A stretch of 64,000 nt of DNA from NCBI RefSeq assembly GCF_006345805.1, contig NC_043001.1, positions 72,044,001 to 72,108,000 of the forward strand, written 5' to 3'. The DNA comes from Octopus sinensis. Its lineage: Eukaryota. This document shows positions 37,158 to 49,394 of the stretch, in pieces (position 1 is the stretch's first letter; the number at the start of each line of letters is the position of its first letter). The notes under the pieces are model-generated. The model was not told where the DNA came from. It worked only from the letters and a program-made list of their open reading frames with translations, and ran no database searches. Made by a program: the position numbers and the translations under genes.

Positions 37158-38354
37158 CATCATCATCATCATCATTTAGCGTCCGCTTTCCATGCTAGCA
37201 TGGGTTGGATGGTTTAACTGGGGTCTGTGAAGCCAGAAGGCTGCATCAGACCCAGTCTGATCTGGCAGTGTTTCTACAGCTGGATGCCCTTCCTAACGCC
37301 AACCACTCCGTGAGTGTAGTGGGTGCTTTTTACGTGCCACCCGCACAGGTGCCAGATTGAGCTGGCAAACGGCCATGGACGGATGGTGCTTTTTACGTGC
37401 CATCGGCATGGGGGCCAGGTGAGGCTGGCAACAGCCACGATCGGATGGTGCTTTTTACGTGCCACCGGCACGGAGGCCAGTCAGGGCGGCGCTGGCAACG
37501 GCCATGATCGGATGGTTCGCTTACTTGTCACCGGCACTGGTATCACAGCTGCAATTTCCATCGATGTTGATCGACTTCGATTTTGGTTCTGCTTTCTGAT
37601 ATCTGATTTGATTTGGTTTGATTTTGATTTTGATTTTCACTTGCCTCAACGGGTCTTGACAAGTGGAGTTTTGTGTCCCAAGAAGGAAAGGTATGTATAA
37701 GTCGACTGACTACATACCAGGTAGAGGCCACGGGTTATGGTCTCACTAGTCTTGCCGGGTCTTCTCACGCACAGCATACTTCCATAGGTCTCGGTCTCTA
37801 GTCATTTCCTTGGTGAGACCTAAAGTTCGAAGGTCGTGCTTCACCACCTCGTCCCAGGTTTTCTTGGGTCTACCTCTTCCACAGGTTCCCTCAACCGCTA
37901 GGGTGTGGCACTTTTTCACACAACTATCTTCATCCATTCTTACTACGTGTCCATACCAGCGCAAACGTCTCTCTTGCACACCACAACTGATGCTTCTTAG
38001 GTCCAACTTTTCTCTCAAGGTACTTACACTCTGTCGATTATGAACACTGACATTACACATCCATCGGAGCATACTGGCTTCATTTCTTGTGAGCTTACGC
38101 GTATCCTCAGCAGTCACAGCCCATGTTTTACTACCATGTAGCATAGCTGTTCGTACACATGCATCATACAGTCTGCATTTTACTCTGAGCGAGAGGCCTT
38201 TTGTCACCAGCAGGGGTAAAAGCTCTCTGAACTTTGCCCAGGCTATTCTTACTCTAGCAGTTACACTTTCAGCACACCCACCCCCACTACTGACTTGGTC
38301 ACCTAGGTAGCGGAAGCTATCAACTACTTCTAGTTTTTCTCCCTGGAACGTGGT
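37158..38354 (-). mobile_element. 5'-truncated RTE LINE, same family as 3934-5480
   Basis: Near-identical RT C-terminus (ORF 37746..38207), same 3' UTR repeats and (CAT)n. Confidence 0.93.
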
Positions 38355-38363
38355 ATTAATATT

Positions 38364-38688
38364 TATTAATATTTACCAGATGCAACAGAGTGACTCAAGG
38401 TCCAAGAGTTTTGTGCATTAGCACTTATCAAACTAGCTACAGGTTGAAGGGGAGTGGGTTTATATGGCTGGTGCAAATTGCATTTTCCTCTGGATTGTTC
38501 TAGATCAAATTTTAAATCATAACAATGTCATATGGATAGTTCATATTCTTCAAATAGTTTGCTCCTTATATTGTTCAATAAGTAAATACATACGTAATGC
38601 TCACCAGCTATATAAACCATCAGCACTTCGACCTGTAACTAGTTTGATAAGTGCTAACACACTCTGTTGCTTCTACTAAATATTAATA
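38364..38688. mobile_element. MITE or fold-back element with long (~100 bp) imperfect terminal inverted repeats
   Basis: aatatttaccagatgcaacagagtg and ttagcacttatcaaactagctacagg...ggtttatatggctggtg on the left match the reverse complement of the right end. Confidence 0.75.
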
Positions 38689-40089
38689 ATAATATTTACA
38701 TACTCATATTTTGAGTTCTATTTTTCTTGTTTGCATCACCATACCTGTAAGTTGTACTAGCAAATCTACAATGGAGGCATAAAATGAGGGAGGGAAGTCA
38801 TAACAGCAGTATGTATTGAGAAATGTGTAAGTGGACTTGATAGATTACTGGATGATGTCTTAGAGAAATCACATTATTGTTGGTGATACAGCTTTCTATC
38901 ACAGATATATGAGATGTGTTTGCGACTAAGTGACGTGTGATGACGATTCACTCCCAAACTGAAATAGGCTCCCAGCCTCTGTATCATGAATGATTATGTG
39001 GACCACTCCTAACGAAAGCCAGAGTTTCCTTCGATCAATATATAAAAAGTATTAAGAAAAATATGTTATTTAGATATACTTTTATTTTAGTTGTTTACAC
39101 TATTTTATGCTTGTTTATACTCTTATATATTCAAAGTTCACAAATTTCCTTATTTAAATTATGAATCATATTCCTTTCGATAATATCAATATGATTACAA
39201 AACTTTGTAGACGATATTTTCTGTTTGATCGACACTAATTTTCAAATTACTGGAGCCTGTTGCTCTACTCATAGCAACATATAACTGGCTATGTGTGAAC
39301 ATCGGAGTGGATAAAAATACACCTACGTAATCTAAAGTCTGGCCCTGTGCCTTGTTTGCTGTGAATGTGTGAGCAGAATATTTAGGGTGGCAAAAAAATC
39401 AAACTAAGATTTACCTCTCACTGTTCTATGCAAATAATGTCTGAATGTTCTGGTACCATGGGTTATTTTGATAGACAAAACAGAGTTGTAAACAACAGCC
39501 ATTTCGAATCCTACTCAAGACTGACACACTTCTATGACCACTAAATGATTAGACACACTATATACTGACACACATCCTGAAAAATATCATAACCATTGTC
39601 CAGCTGTCTGGCCGTGAAGAGGGGACAGACAAAGAGATGAACATAACACCCATTATAGTAAGATAGCAAATCTGCCCATCTACGATGAGAAATAAAGGGA
39701 TAGTATCGCAAATCTAAATCCTCTAAATTCACGAGGAATATGGAGGTGGAAATCCAGAGTTAATCCTTGTTGCCGGAATTTTAACTAAAAAAAAATCAAA
39801 GGTGATTTATTAATACAAAGCTCAATATCCATTAGACAATCGTACTTTTTTTTTTTTTCCTGAATACCTCCTTTGTAATCCCGAAAAACATCATAACCAT
39901 TGGTCCAGCCATTTGACTGAGAAGTGGGAACAGACAGACAATAGATGGGTCTATAGCAGATCCAGCTATAGAGACCATGCCAGAACAGACAATGGAGTCT
40001 GGTGCAGCTCTTGGCCTTACCAACTCCAGTCAAACTGTCCAACCCATGGCAACATGGAAAATGGACATTAAATGAGGATTATATATACA

Positions 40090-40127
<38 letters not shown>

Positions 40128-40379
40128 GTTTCTTTCATTTTCAACTAAATCCACTTACAAGCCATAGTAGATGATACTTGCCTTGGATGCTATGCAGTGG
40201 TACTGAACCCAAAACCATGTGCTTAGGAAGCAAATTTCTTAACCACATTGCCACATCTGTGTTTTCTTTATACTTTTTGTCTTAGCAGATGTTTGGGTAA
40301 TTTGGGGCAGTTATTCCTCCTTGTTAAGAATCCATGAAAATTGTTGATATTTGAAATGTCAAAACGTTTTACATTTTAG

Positions 40380-40512
40380 GCTAACACAGAAGATCCATAA
40401 GAAACTATCTGCTAGTCATTATGGGAATGAGGGCAGTGATTTTCCAGAACCTCCTGGTTCCCACTTGAAGCCAACATGTCCTGCTTTGGAGTTTGTCAAA
40501 AGTGTTCTAACG
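40380..40512 (+). CDS. POLE: POLE exon (LTQKIHKKLSASHYGNEGSDFPEPPGSHLKPTCPALEFVKSVLT)
   Basis: ttttag|g cta ... cta acg|gtatgt; matches human [20 protein letters not shown]. Confidence 0.96.
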
Positions 40513-40825
40513 GTATGTTTAACATAACACAGATATGTTGTAGATGTTGTTACTGCTGTTTTTAATGTGCTCATTTTCGAATGTATGATTTATACTGGTT
40601 ACTCACAATATTCAAACCCTAAAAATTAATGTTTTAATTTAAATAAATGAAGAGTTAGATAGATGTGTGTCTCTATTTTATTCTCAGTACTTATTAATAA
40701 AAACATCATAGTATTGTTAATTTGAATTTTCAAACCAAATGATGACATCTTTCTTCAGTTAAATTAATTGTTTACTTACATATTTCTGCAATATATATAT
40801 ATATATATAAATTGTTATGTTACAG

Positions 40826-40960
40826 GTGTTGTCATTGGATACTAATGTAACACTTCAAACCACAAAATTAAGAAGGGACCTTCTCCGACTTATAGGATAT
40901 GGAGAATTCTCTCCTGATGCTGTCTTTAAAGATCCTTGTTTATCTTTTATTCTTCCAGAG
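40826..40960 (+). CDS. POLE: POLE exon ([45 protein letters not shown])
   Basis: ttacag|gtg ... cca gag|gtaaat. Confidence 0.97.
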
Positions 40961-41729
40961 GTAAATATTTTTTCACAATATTTAAACTTATGTGGCAGAA
41001 TCACTGCTTACATATATACATGCAGGCTAGAACGAGGCCTCATAGCTGGCCCTACTCTAGATGGCTGAACATAATTGGAGAAGACCTCCAGAGGTTCAAC
41101 ATCACCTTGGAGGATGCAGAGGGGCTGGCATATGATTGCCAGCGAGAGAGCACTGGTGGACCCAGTCAGCTCTATGCATGATAATGGTGATGATGAACTC
41201 TTACTGCTAATTACTTCATTACATCTGGCATATGATATCTTCCAGTCAGCCTACTTATGATCCTACTATACCTCTTTTCCCTCTATAGCTTACATTGAGC
41301 ATCACTCTATGGCATTCCTAGCTACTCCTTTTTTTTACACTGAGCAGGTCGTTTCCCAGATGACAGCAGAGTTCTGTCTTCTTTCTTACTAAAACTCTGA
41401 TTTACTTAATGATCTCTCTACTCTAAGCTTTACTTCTATATTTGAATTTGGATTGCCTTGACTGACTCATTTATGAGAACTTAGTCATCAACTTGCAGGA
41501 GTTGCCGTGATACCTGGTCTAAACTTTTCTCTCTGTCTTCAATTATCATCATCGACACACACACACATACACATTATGACTGTGTGGTTAAGAAGCTTCC
41601 TTTCCAACCACGTAGTCTTAGTATCAATCCCACTGCATGGTTTTGGCCACTGCTCAAGTTTTAGAATCTTACAGGTGGCTGTAATGTGTGTATATGTATG
41701 TGTGTATGCGTAGTGTAGTATGACACATA

Positions 41730-42928
41730 CATGTCATCCCAGAAATAATGCAGTTTTTTCAATTGCATGAACTAAAGGTCAGAGGGGGACAAGATAAACT
41801 ACCTGCATCAACTTGCTATAAAAACAGGTAGGAATTTTATCATGTTTTTATTCTTAGTGCAAGTTTCGATTTTAACAGTTATTTTTTCAAATCTATAATG
41901 GAAGTGACAAAGTAGCATCTTTGGCATATTTCACTTTATGAGTTCAATAAAGGCAGCAGCGAAAAGGGAAGTGTAAGGAATATTAATGCAGTATATGGGG
42001 ATCAGACAATAAGTATAAGCCAGTGTCAACAGTGGTTCCAGAAACCACAGCCTAGAAGACGAGCCTTATTCTGGAAGGTCTGTAGAGTTCAATGAGGATG
42101 TCCTGCAAACTCTGATGGAACAAAATCCTATCATAACTGTTGGGGAACTAGCAGAGAAGCTTGGATTTGGCCATCAGAAAAGTCGACAAATTGGGTCAAA
42201 GGATCCCTCACAAACTTTCTTAGTCTAATCACATGCAGAGAGTGAATGTGTGCTCTTCTTTGCTATCATGTCTCTCGAATGAACTTTTTTTGGACCAAAT
42301 AGTGACTGGTGACAAGAAATGGATTCTCTATAAAAATGTCGAGCACTAAAGACAATGGGTAGAGAAAGGGGACTCACTGTTACCCCAAGCTAAAGGTCTC
42401 CACCCAGCTAAGGTGTTGTTATCTATTTGGTGGGACATGAAAGGTTTAGTTCACTATGAACTTTTAAGCCCAAACCAAATGATAACTAAAGAGATTTACT
42501 AAGAGTAGCTTAAGTCAGCACTAGAAGAAAAACAACCAAATTTGGTTTCAAGATGAAAGGTGTTTTTCCATAAGAATAATGCTCGGCCACATACAGCAAG
42601 GATGACATTCCGAAGGCTGGAGCAGTTTGAATGGAAAAAGGATGTCCCACTCACCATATTCACTGGACATTGCCCCATCTGATTATCTTTTTTTATTGTC
42701 TTCAAAATCATTTGAACAGAAAAAAATATGAATTCTGTAGATGAGGTCAGAACAGTACTGGAAGACAAAGTGAATTTTGTAAGAGGGACCTTGCAAGTCT
42801 ACCAGATAGATGGAAGAGCATTGTAGAAAATTAAGGAGAGTATATTTTAGATTAAAAAAAACTTTATCGTAATTTTGAAAAATAAAAGAAGTATAAAAAA
42901 AAATCACATTATTTATGTGATGACCCAA
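41730..42928 (+). mobile_element. Decayed full-length mariner transposon
   Basis: TIR gtcatcccagaaataatg / cattatttatgtgatgac with TA flanks; relic motifs VTGD(E)KW (~42302) and (PD)IAPSDY (~42669); many stops and frameshifts. Confidence 0.85.
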
Positions 42929-43050
42929 TATATGTATACATATTGCTTTGTATAGTTATTGTCTTATCATCTCGTAACGTTTCTTTGATAAACACATGGA
43001 TGGTAGTTAAATAAAGCATCAAATAAATTCCTGCAATTCTTTCCTGACAG

Positions 43051-43127
43051 GTTATCTGCAAGACATGTAATCACATTCGAGACTTGGATCTTTGTCGAGA
43101 TCCTTATTTGAACCGAGAGACTCTGGG
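43051..43127 (+). CDS. POLE: POLE exon, CysA first half (VICKTCNHIRDLDLCRDPYLNRETL)
   Basis: tgacag|gtt atc ... ctg gg|gtaagc; CxxC motif. Confidence 0.96.
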
Positions 43128-43553
43128 GTAAGCCACTGATGTAGTTTCCTTTCTTTGTCACATTTCAATTTTTTTTGTTGTTGGATTGGACAGGGATTAA
43201 TCCAAAACAATGTGAATAAGTAAGCAGTACATATATAAGCTAACTGAACGCTAAGGGATTAAATCAGCCATATCCAGCCCAAATATTCAAATTGTTTTAT
43301 CTTCATACAGGACAGAGCAGGCCTCTCATGCCTACCCTGTACTGTCGTTCCAATAGTAAACAATCACATTGTTGAAATCTTAAAACTATGATATAATGCT
43401 TGATTAATTCAAAACAAAGTGAATAAATAAGCATTATATTTGATTGGGTAATCTGAATGCTAAAAGTTTAATGATTCATACTCTGTTTTGTTCATTAACT
43501 GTATTTTGTAATGTCTTTTTTTTTTTCTATCTTTCCCATTTGTTGTTCCACAG

Positions 43554-43686
43554 TGCTACATGGTCATGTATCCAATGTCACACTGATTACGATGCAGCTG
43601 AGATAGAACACAGTCTAGTTGAGGTTATTAACCGCAAGTCTCTTGCCTATACCCTGCAGGATACCAGATGTGTGAAGTGTAAATTG
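43554..43686 (+). CDS. POLE: POLE exon, CysA second half and CysB first half (ATWSCIQCHTDYD...TLQDTRCVKCKL)
   Basis: ccacag|t gct ... aaa ttg|gtaagg. Confidence 0.97.
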
Positions 43687-45132
43687 GTAAGGAAACCTTT
43701 CAGTCTTCTCAAAACTACATTTTTAGTCTTTCTTGTGACAAGGACAATGACAACAGCAACTACTACTACTACTACTACTGTTGTTGTCTGGTATGTTTCC
43801 TCGGCCCAGATCTATCCAGATGGGGCAGACCTATCAAAGTTTGATATTAATTTTTGTTCCAAACACTAACTTAAGCCTTTAGTATTTAAACCAGCCATCA
43901 TCATCATCATCGTTTAATGTCTGCCTTCCATGCTAGCATGGGTATCCATCCCAAATACCTGTTTTATGTTCAAACAGACCAGATCTGGCCTCTCACACTC
44001 ACCCTACAGTGTCATTGTGAAATATAAACAAATCACATCAGTGAAATCTCAAAGCTATGAAATAATGCATGATCAGTTCAGAACAATGCAAATAAATAAG
44101 TATTACATTTGACAGAGTAATCTGAACACAAAAGGGTTACCTTAATAAATTCTTCGTTATTTTCAAAATTAATTGAAACATCTCAGTCTTCAAAACTCAG
44201 CCTTTTAACTGCCAAATTAAATTTCTTGGTTATTCCAGTAATGATATTAAATATCTAACCAAATAAAAAAATAGATTTGTTATTTTCTGCAAGTCATGTT
44301 ACCTCAATAAACTTGACATATCTCACCAGAAAATAGTTTCAAACATGACATTATCAGCTCCTTCATGAGATTCAGATTTTATGATCAACCTGCACCATAC
44401 CTTTCCATGTCTTCAGTTTCCTTTCCTGTAGGTTCACTTGGCACTTCTTTGCTCAACTGTCACCCTCTGTACACATCACATATTCATACCAGTTTTCTCT
44501 CATGCATATAATTGCTGATTATTCTTATACTCTGCCTTCATACATCATCTACATTCAGTGTCCGAGTTTTTCTGCCATGTAACATTTTACTTTGAACACA
44601 AGCCTTGTACAATTTACCCCTTACTTGAACAGAGAAACCTTTGTTCAGTGCCATGTAAAAAATACTTGTGTCAGTGTCACGTTAAAGTACTTGTGTGGTG
44701 CTGTGTTAAAAGCACCCAGCATACGCTGTAAAGTGGTTGGTGGTAGGAAGGGCATCCAGCTGTAGAAACCAAGCCAAATCAGACTAAAACCTGGTGCAGT
44801 TTACCAGTTCCAGTCAAACTGTCCAACCCATGCCACTTTGGAAAACAGATGTTAAAAGATGAGATGATGAAAGGCAGCGTAATTCAACAGAAATATGGTA
44901 ACAAAAGGATTAAGATCTTGCTCTGACTAGTTAACCCTTAAACCTATGTATCTGGAGTTTTAGATATGACTGAGAGTAGTTCTTCCTGTTGCTATTAGGA
45001 GTAAATGCTGCAAGGGGAAGATGTAGGTGACAACTATTCATAGCTATCCAATATGACAAATAATGTCACACATTTTATCTGTCTGCCTGTCTTCCATGTC
45101 TAACAGTTTCTAAATATTATTTATTTCTACAG

Positions 45133-45242
45133 ATCAAAAATAACAACATGCAGAATTACTGCTCATGTGCATCTAGTTTTGAAAATGTCATTTCTCGAGA
45201 TGCATTTCTATCTACCATGAACACCTTCTATGGAATTGCTCA
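45133..45242 (+). CDS. POLE: POLE exon, CysB second half (IKNNNMQNYCSCASSFENVISRDAFLSTMNTFYGIA)
   Basis: ctacag|atc ... gct ca|gtgagt; CSC motif. Confidence 0.95.
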
Positions 45243-45304
45243 GTGAGTACATGTTTCACTTAACCTTTTAATTTTAGATGTGTGTGTATGTGTATATAGA
45301 TACA

Positions 45305-45531
45305 TTGGGTTGGTGCATAATTATTGCGGCTTTTTCTCACATTTTATTCAACAAAAACATATTTAAATGACGGTCTGACTATCTGCCAAGCAAATGGGAA
45401 GCAGTAATTGAAGTAGATGGTGAACATGCTCCGGAATAATCATTTAAAGATGTTTTTGCTACATGTTTTTATTGTTTTTGTTGAATAAAATTTGTTGAAA
45501 AGGAAGCCGCAGAAATTATGCACCAACCCAA
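45305..45531. mobile_element. mariner-derived MITE
   Basis: Perfect 18-bp TIR TTGGGTTGGTGCATAATT / AATTATGCACCAACCCAA; TA on the right, CA on the left. Confidence 0.85.
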
Positions 45532-45859
45532 TAGATAGACCCAGGAGTAGCTGTGTGGTTGAGAAGCTTGCTTCCCAACTATGTGATCTTGAGCTCAGTC
45601 CTACTGTATGGCACTTCAGCCCAGAGTTAACCAAAGGCTTGAGGGTAAATTTGGTAGATGGAAACTGAAAGAAGCCTATTATAAATATGCGTGTGTGTAT
45701 ATATATAGATTTGTAGATGAGTGTGTATTTATGTCAGGTCACACTTAGTGTTACTGGTAACATGTAACCCAGTACAACCTGTCATGGTAGGCCATCATTG
45801 ACTAAGCTTGTGTGTTAAGGAGGGTAGTTTTCATTAGACATCCTAGGGGATGGGAAGCC

Positions 45860-46830
45860 TTTCCTAACGCCAACCACTCCAAGAGTGTAGTGGGTGCTTT
45901 TATGTGCCACCGGCACGAGGGCCAGTCAGGCAGTTCTGGCAACAACCACACTTAAAAGGTGTTTTTTTATGTGCTACCTGCACAGGAGCCAGTCCGGCGA
46001 CACTGTCAATGACCACGCTCAAATTTTTTTCATGTGCCGGTAAAGCGACACTAGCAACGATCATGCTTGAATGGTGCTTTTTACATGCCACTGGCACAGG
46101 AGCCAATCCATGGCCCTGGCAACAATCACGCTCAGATGTGCTTTTAAACGTTCCACATGCACGAGTACCAATCAGGCAGTGCTGTCATCGACCACATCAG
46201 CGATTTTGATTTGATTTCACTTGCCTCAATGGCTCTTCGCAAGACAATGTTTATTGTCCAATGAATGAGGCATACTCATAAGTGGACTGGTTACACCCCA
46301 CACTCGGATGTGCTTTGAATGTACCACTGGGACGAGTGCCAATCAGGTGGTACTATCATCGGCCACATCAGTGATTTTGATTTTACTTGCCTCAATAGGT
46401 CTTCACAAGCAAAGTTTATTGTCCAATGAATGAGGGGTACTCATAAGTGGGCTGGTTACACCCACTGGCATAGGCCACGGGCTATGGTCCCACTTGGCTT
46501 GTTGGGTCTTCTCAAGCACAGCATATCTCCAAAGGCCTCAGTAAGGCCCAATGTTCAAAGGCCATGCTTCACCACCTCATCCCAGGTCTTCCTGAGTCTA
46601 CCTCTTCCACAGGTTCCCTCAACTGCTAGGGTGTGACACTTTTCCACACAGCTGTCCTCATTCATTTGCAACACATGACCATACCAGCGCAGTCATCTCT
46701 CTTGCACACCACATCTGATGCTTCTTAAATCCAACTTTTCTCTCAGGTCGCTTACACTGTCGTGTTTGCACACTGACATTGCACATCCAGTGGAGCATAT
46801 GGGCTTCATTCCTTGCAAGCTTACGCATGT
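45860..46830 (-). mobile_element. Older RTE LINE 3' fragment with an internal ~165-bp duplication
   Basis: Same 3' UTR repeats and RT tail (GTCGRGR..KTWDEVVKH reading on the minus strand); segments at 46202-46300 and 46373-46465 are duplicated. Confidence 0.8.
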
Positions 46831-46988
46831 CCTCATTTGTACTTCTTCCCATGTTGTCTTGGGGCTTCCTCTAAACCTAATATTTATAACAACAGAGAAG
46901 AAATATGTAAATAATGACACAAAAAATATCAACCATTTTTATAAAATTCATGCAAATCTAATTAGTTTCCTTTCTTTGTTAATTGCAG

Positions 46989-47061
46989 ACATTATAATAT
47001 GCAGCTGCTTCTAGAAACAGTTACATGGATCCTGAAGATGAATGATTCTTTGAACAGCTAA
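46989..47061 (+). CDS. POLE: POLE last coding exon (HYNMQLLLETVTWILKMNDSLNS*)
   Basis: ttgcag|a cat ... agc taa; matches human HYGMSYLLETLEWLL. Confidence 0.95.
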
Positions 47062-47565
47062 CTCAGTATTAACCATGAAGTTTGAGAGAGAGAAAGAGAG
47101 AAGTGTGAGAGGGGGATATGTATTCTATGAAGAATCATTTATTTCATTATTTATTTTGGCTTCTGAGAAGATCTGTTATTTAGAACTTTTCTTTTAATGT
47201 TTTGGCATAGAGTGTGCTGTCTTTATTTCTAAGACTCAAAAGATTGGATTGATTTAAAAAAAATTTTTTTTTTTATAAATGTTTTCTGAGTGAATGTGAA
47301 ATGACAAATTGTACAAAGCCTCTTGCATGTGTGTGTTGTATTGACACACATATGTTTATGTTAATATTTACATTCTGCACTTAGCTGAGCTATGGATGGT
47401 GTCGTATTGTCTTTTATTAACAACAAATTGTTAGTATTTTCCAAGGTTAGTTGAATGAAAAGGCTCTTTCTTGAAAAACAGGTACAAAAACCTCCAGCTG
47501 TAAAAACAACATCTCAGTAATATGTATTCATTCAACCAATTTTTAATACCTATGCTGGTATTAAA

Positions 47566-47575
47566 AATAAATAAA
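47566..47575 (+). terminator. Candidate POLE poly(A) signals (overlapping AATAAA)
   Basis: AATAAATAAA about 500 nt after the stop codon, with more AATAAA nearby. The true cleavage site is unknown. Confidence 0.4.
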
Positions 47576-48939
47576 AACAAACGAATATAATAAAAAAGCA
47601 AATTAAATAAAAGTCAAATTGATGACATGGAAAAAATACCAAAGTGGATAACATTTTTTGTGTAGTTTGATATCATATTGTCCTGGGTTCATATCTTGCT
47701 AAACTTAACTTAGCCTATCAATCCTCAAGTACTAATAGGAATGTCAGTAATTGTAATGGACGAGGATTGATTAAGTCTATTATATATCTTTCCCTGATTA
47801 AGTAGCCTTGTGCTACTTAATCAGCTGAAATCATTAATATTCATTTGATGGGTAAAGCAGTGAGCTGGCAAAATGCTTAGCGGAATTTCGTCTGTGGATT
47901 CAAATGCCGCCAAGATCAGTAAAGTACCAGTTGAGCACTGGGGTCAATATAATTGACTTAGCCCCTATCCTGGAATTGCTGGTCTTGTGGCAAAATTTGA
48001 AACCAATATTAGTTTGATGGTCACTATGGAATTAGACTATCAGCTCCTGATGTACAAAGCTGCCAATCCCTTTAACTGAAGTTAATGCAGTTAAACATAT
48101 TCACTTGTCTCCAAACAATGACACCATATGTTGCTTTAGAGTTCCTCTAACTCCCTAGATCTACACATGGTTAGAGTAGGACTGTCTCCAATGTCTGATC
48201 TCTATCATTGCTATCACATCTTTGATATTATAGTAGAGCTGTGTGACAACCTCCATCACTACTGTCTCAGCTCTCTAACCTCCATCTCTATTACACAGCT
48301 CTGCATATCTCTACAATACACTCCTATTTATACCTTAAAGATTGAGAGAAATCCTAATGTCAGATACCCTATAGCAATATTTAGAATAATTCACCATTAT
48401 TTCTGTGAACTAATGTCTGTGGAACTCTAATGTTTAGGAACTGACGTCAGGAATTTTGGTTATGTTCTGTTATGTTTTTTATCTAAAATATATCCAAGCA
48501 TTTGAGAATTGAGAAATCACTTTGTTTATAACTTGTAAATAAAACAAATTTATTGAAAATCTAATTTTAAAATTATCATTTTTGTCTTATTTGATAAATG
48601 TCATTGATTCTTGTTTTCAAACTTTGATGATGCATGTTAGTGAGCCATGGTCACAATGCAGAAGATAGGCAAAAGGGGGAACAAAGCAAGCCTGAGCCAC
48701 TGATGTGTAAAATCAGTGTACATGATGATGTACAGATGAGCTGAGAAAAAAACTGGATGTAAAATAAATCAGTTGTAATGTGCAAGAACAATGGCTATAT
48801 AATGTATATGGATTATGACAAGTGAAGAAGGTACCAGAAAGAACCTATGGAGGGGAAAACCCAAGAAGACATTGTGGAAGTGGTGAAGGCTAATCTCTGG
48901 AAGCTGAACCGCACAAAGGAATGCAAGTGATAGAATACT

Positions 48940-49100
48940 GCAGTAAATGTAAAGCTAAAGGATTTATGGATTAAAGTAAATATGGTAACGGATACATAGG
49001 ATTACAGTAAAGGATATATGGATTAAGGTAAATGTAAAGGATATGTGTATTACAGTAAAGGATACATATATTAAGGTTAATACAGTAAAGTATGTATAGA
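48940..49100. repeat. Degenerate minisatellite (gtaaaggatatatggatta units)
   Basis: Seen directly. Confidence 0.65.
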
Positions 49101-49382
49101 TTAAGATATTTACAGTAAAAGATATATAAAGGGTTTAAAAGTCAGTGTAATAAAGTCTCAGTGAAGGTAATGATATTTACAAGTTATACATCACACTTTT
49201 AACAACTGTCATGTCTATTATACCAAATAATTTCAATCCAGTTAAGATATTTACAGTAAAAGATATATAAAGGGTTTAAAAGTCAGTGTAATAAAGTCTC
49301 AGTGAAGGTAATGATATTTACAAGTTATACATCACACTTTTAACAACTGTCATGTCTATTATACCAAATAATTTCAATCCAG
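49101..49382. repeat. Perfect 141-bp tandem duplication
   Basis: 49101-49241 is identical to 49242-49382. Confidence 0.95.
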
Positions 49383-49394
49383 TTCTATATTTAA

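Larger units (their letters stand above)
2757..47061 (+). other. POLE: DNA polymerase epsilon catalytic subunit gene, 3' part (22 coding exons, 2711 nt, ~900 aa); upstream exons not found in this window
   Basis: The spliced translation aligns by eye to the human POLE C-terminal half (e.g. [69 protein letters not shown]). All introns are GT-AG with matching phases. Confidence 0.97.

Noticed and set aside
2757-47061. Minor-spliceosome (U12) or non-canonical introns in POLE
   Set aside because: All 21 introns have ordinary GT donors and AG acceptors; none has the U12 GTATCCTT/ATATCCTT donor.
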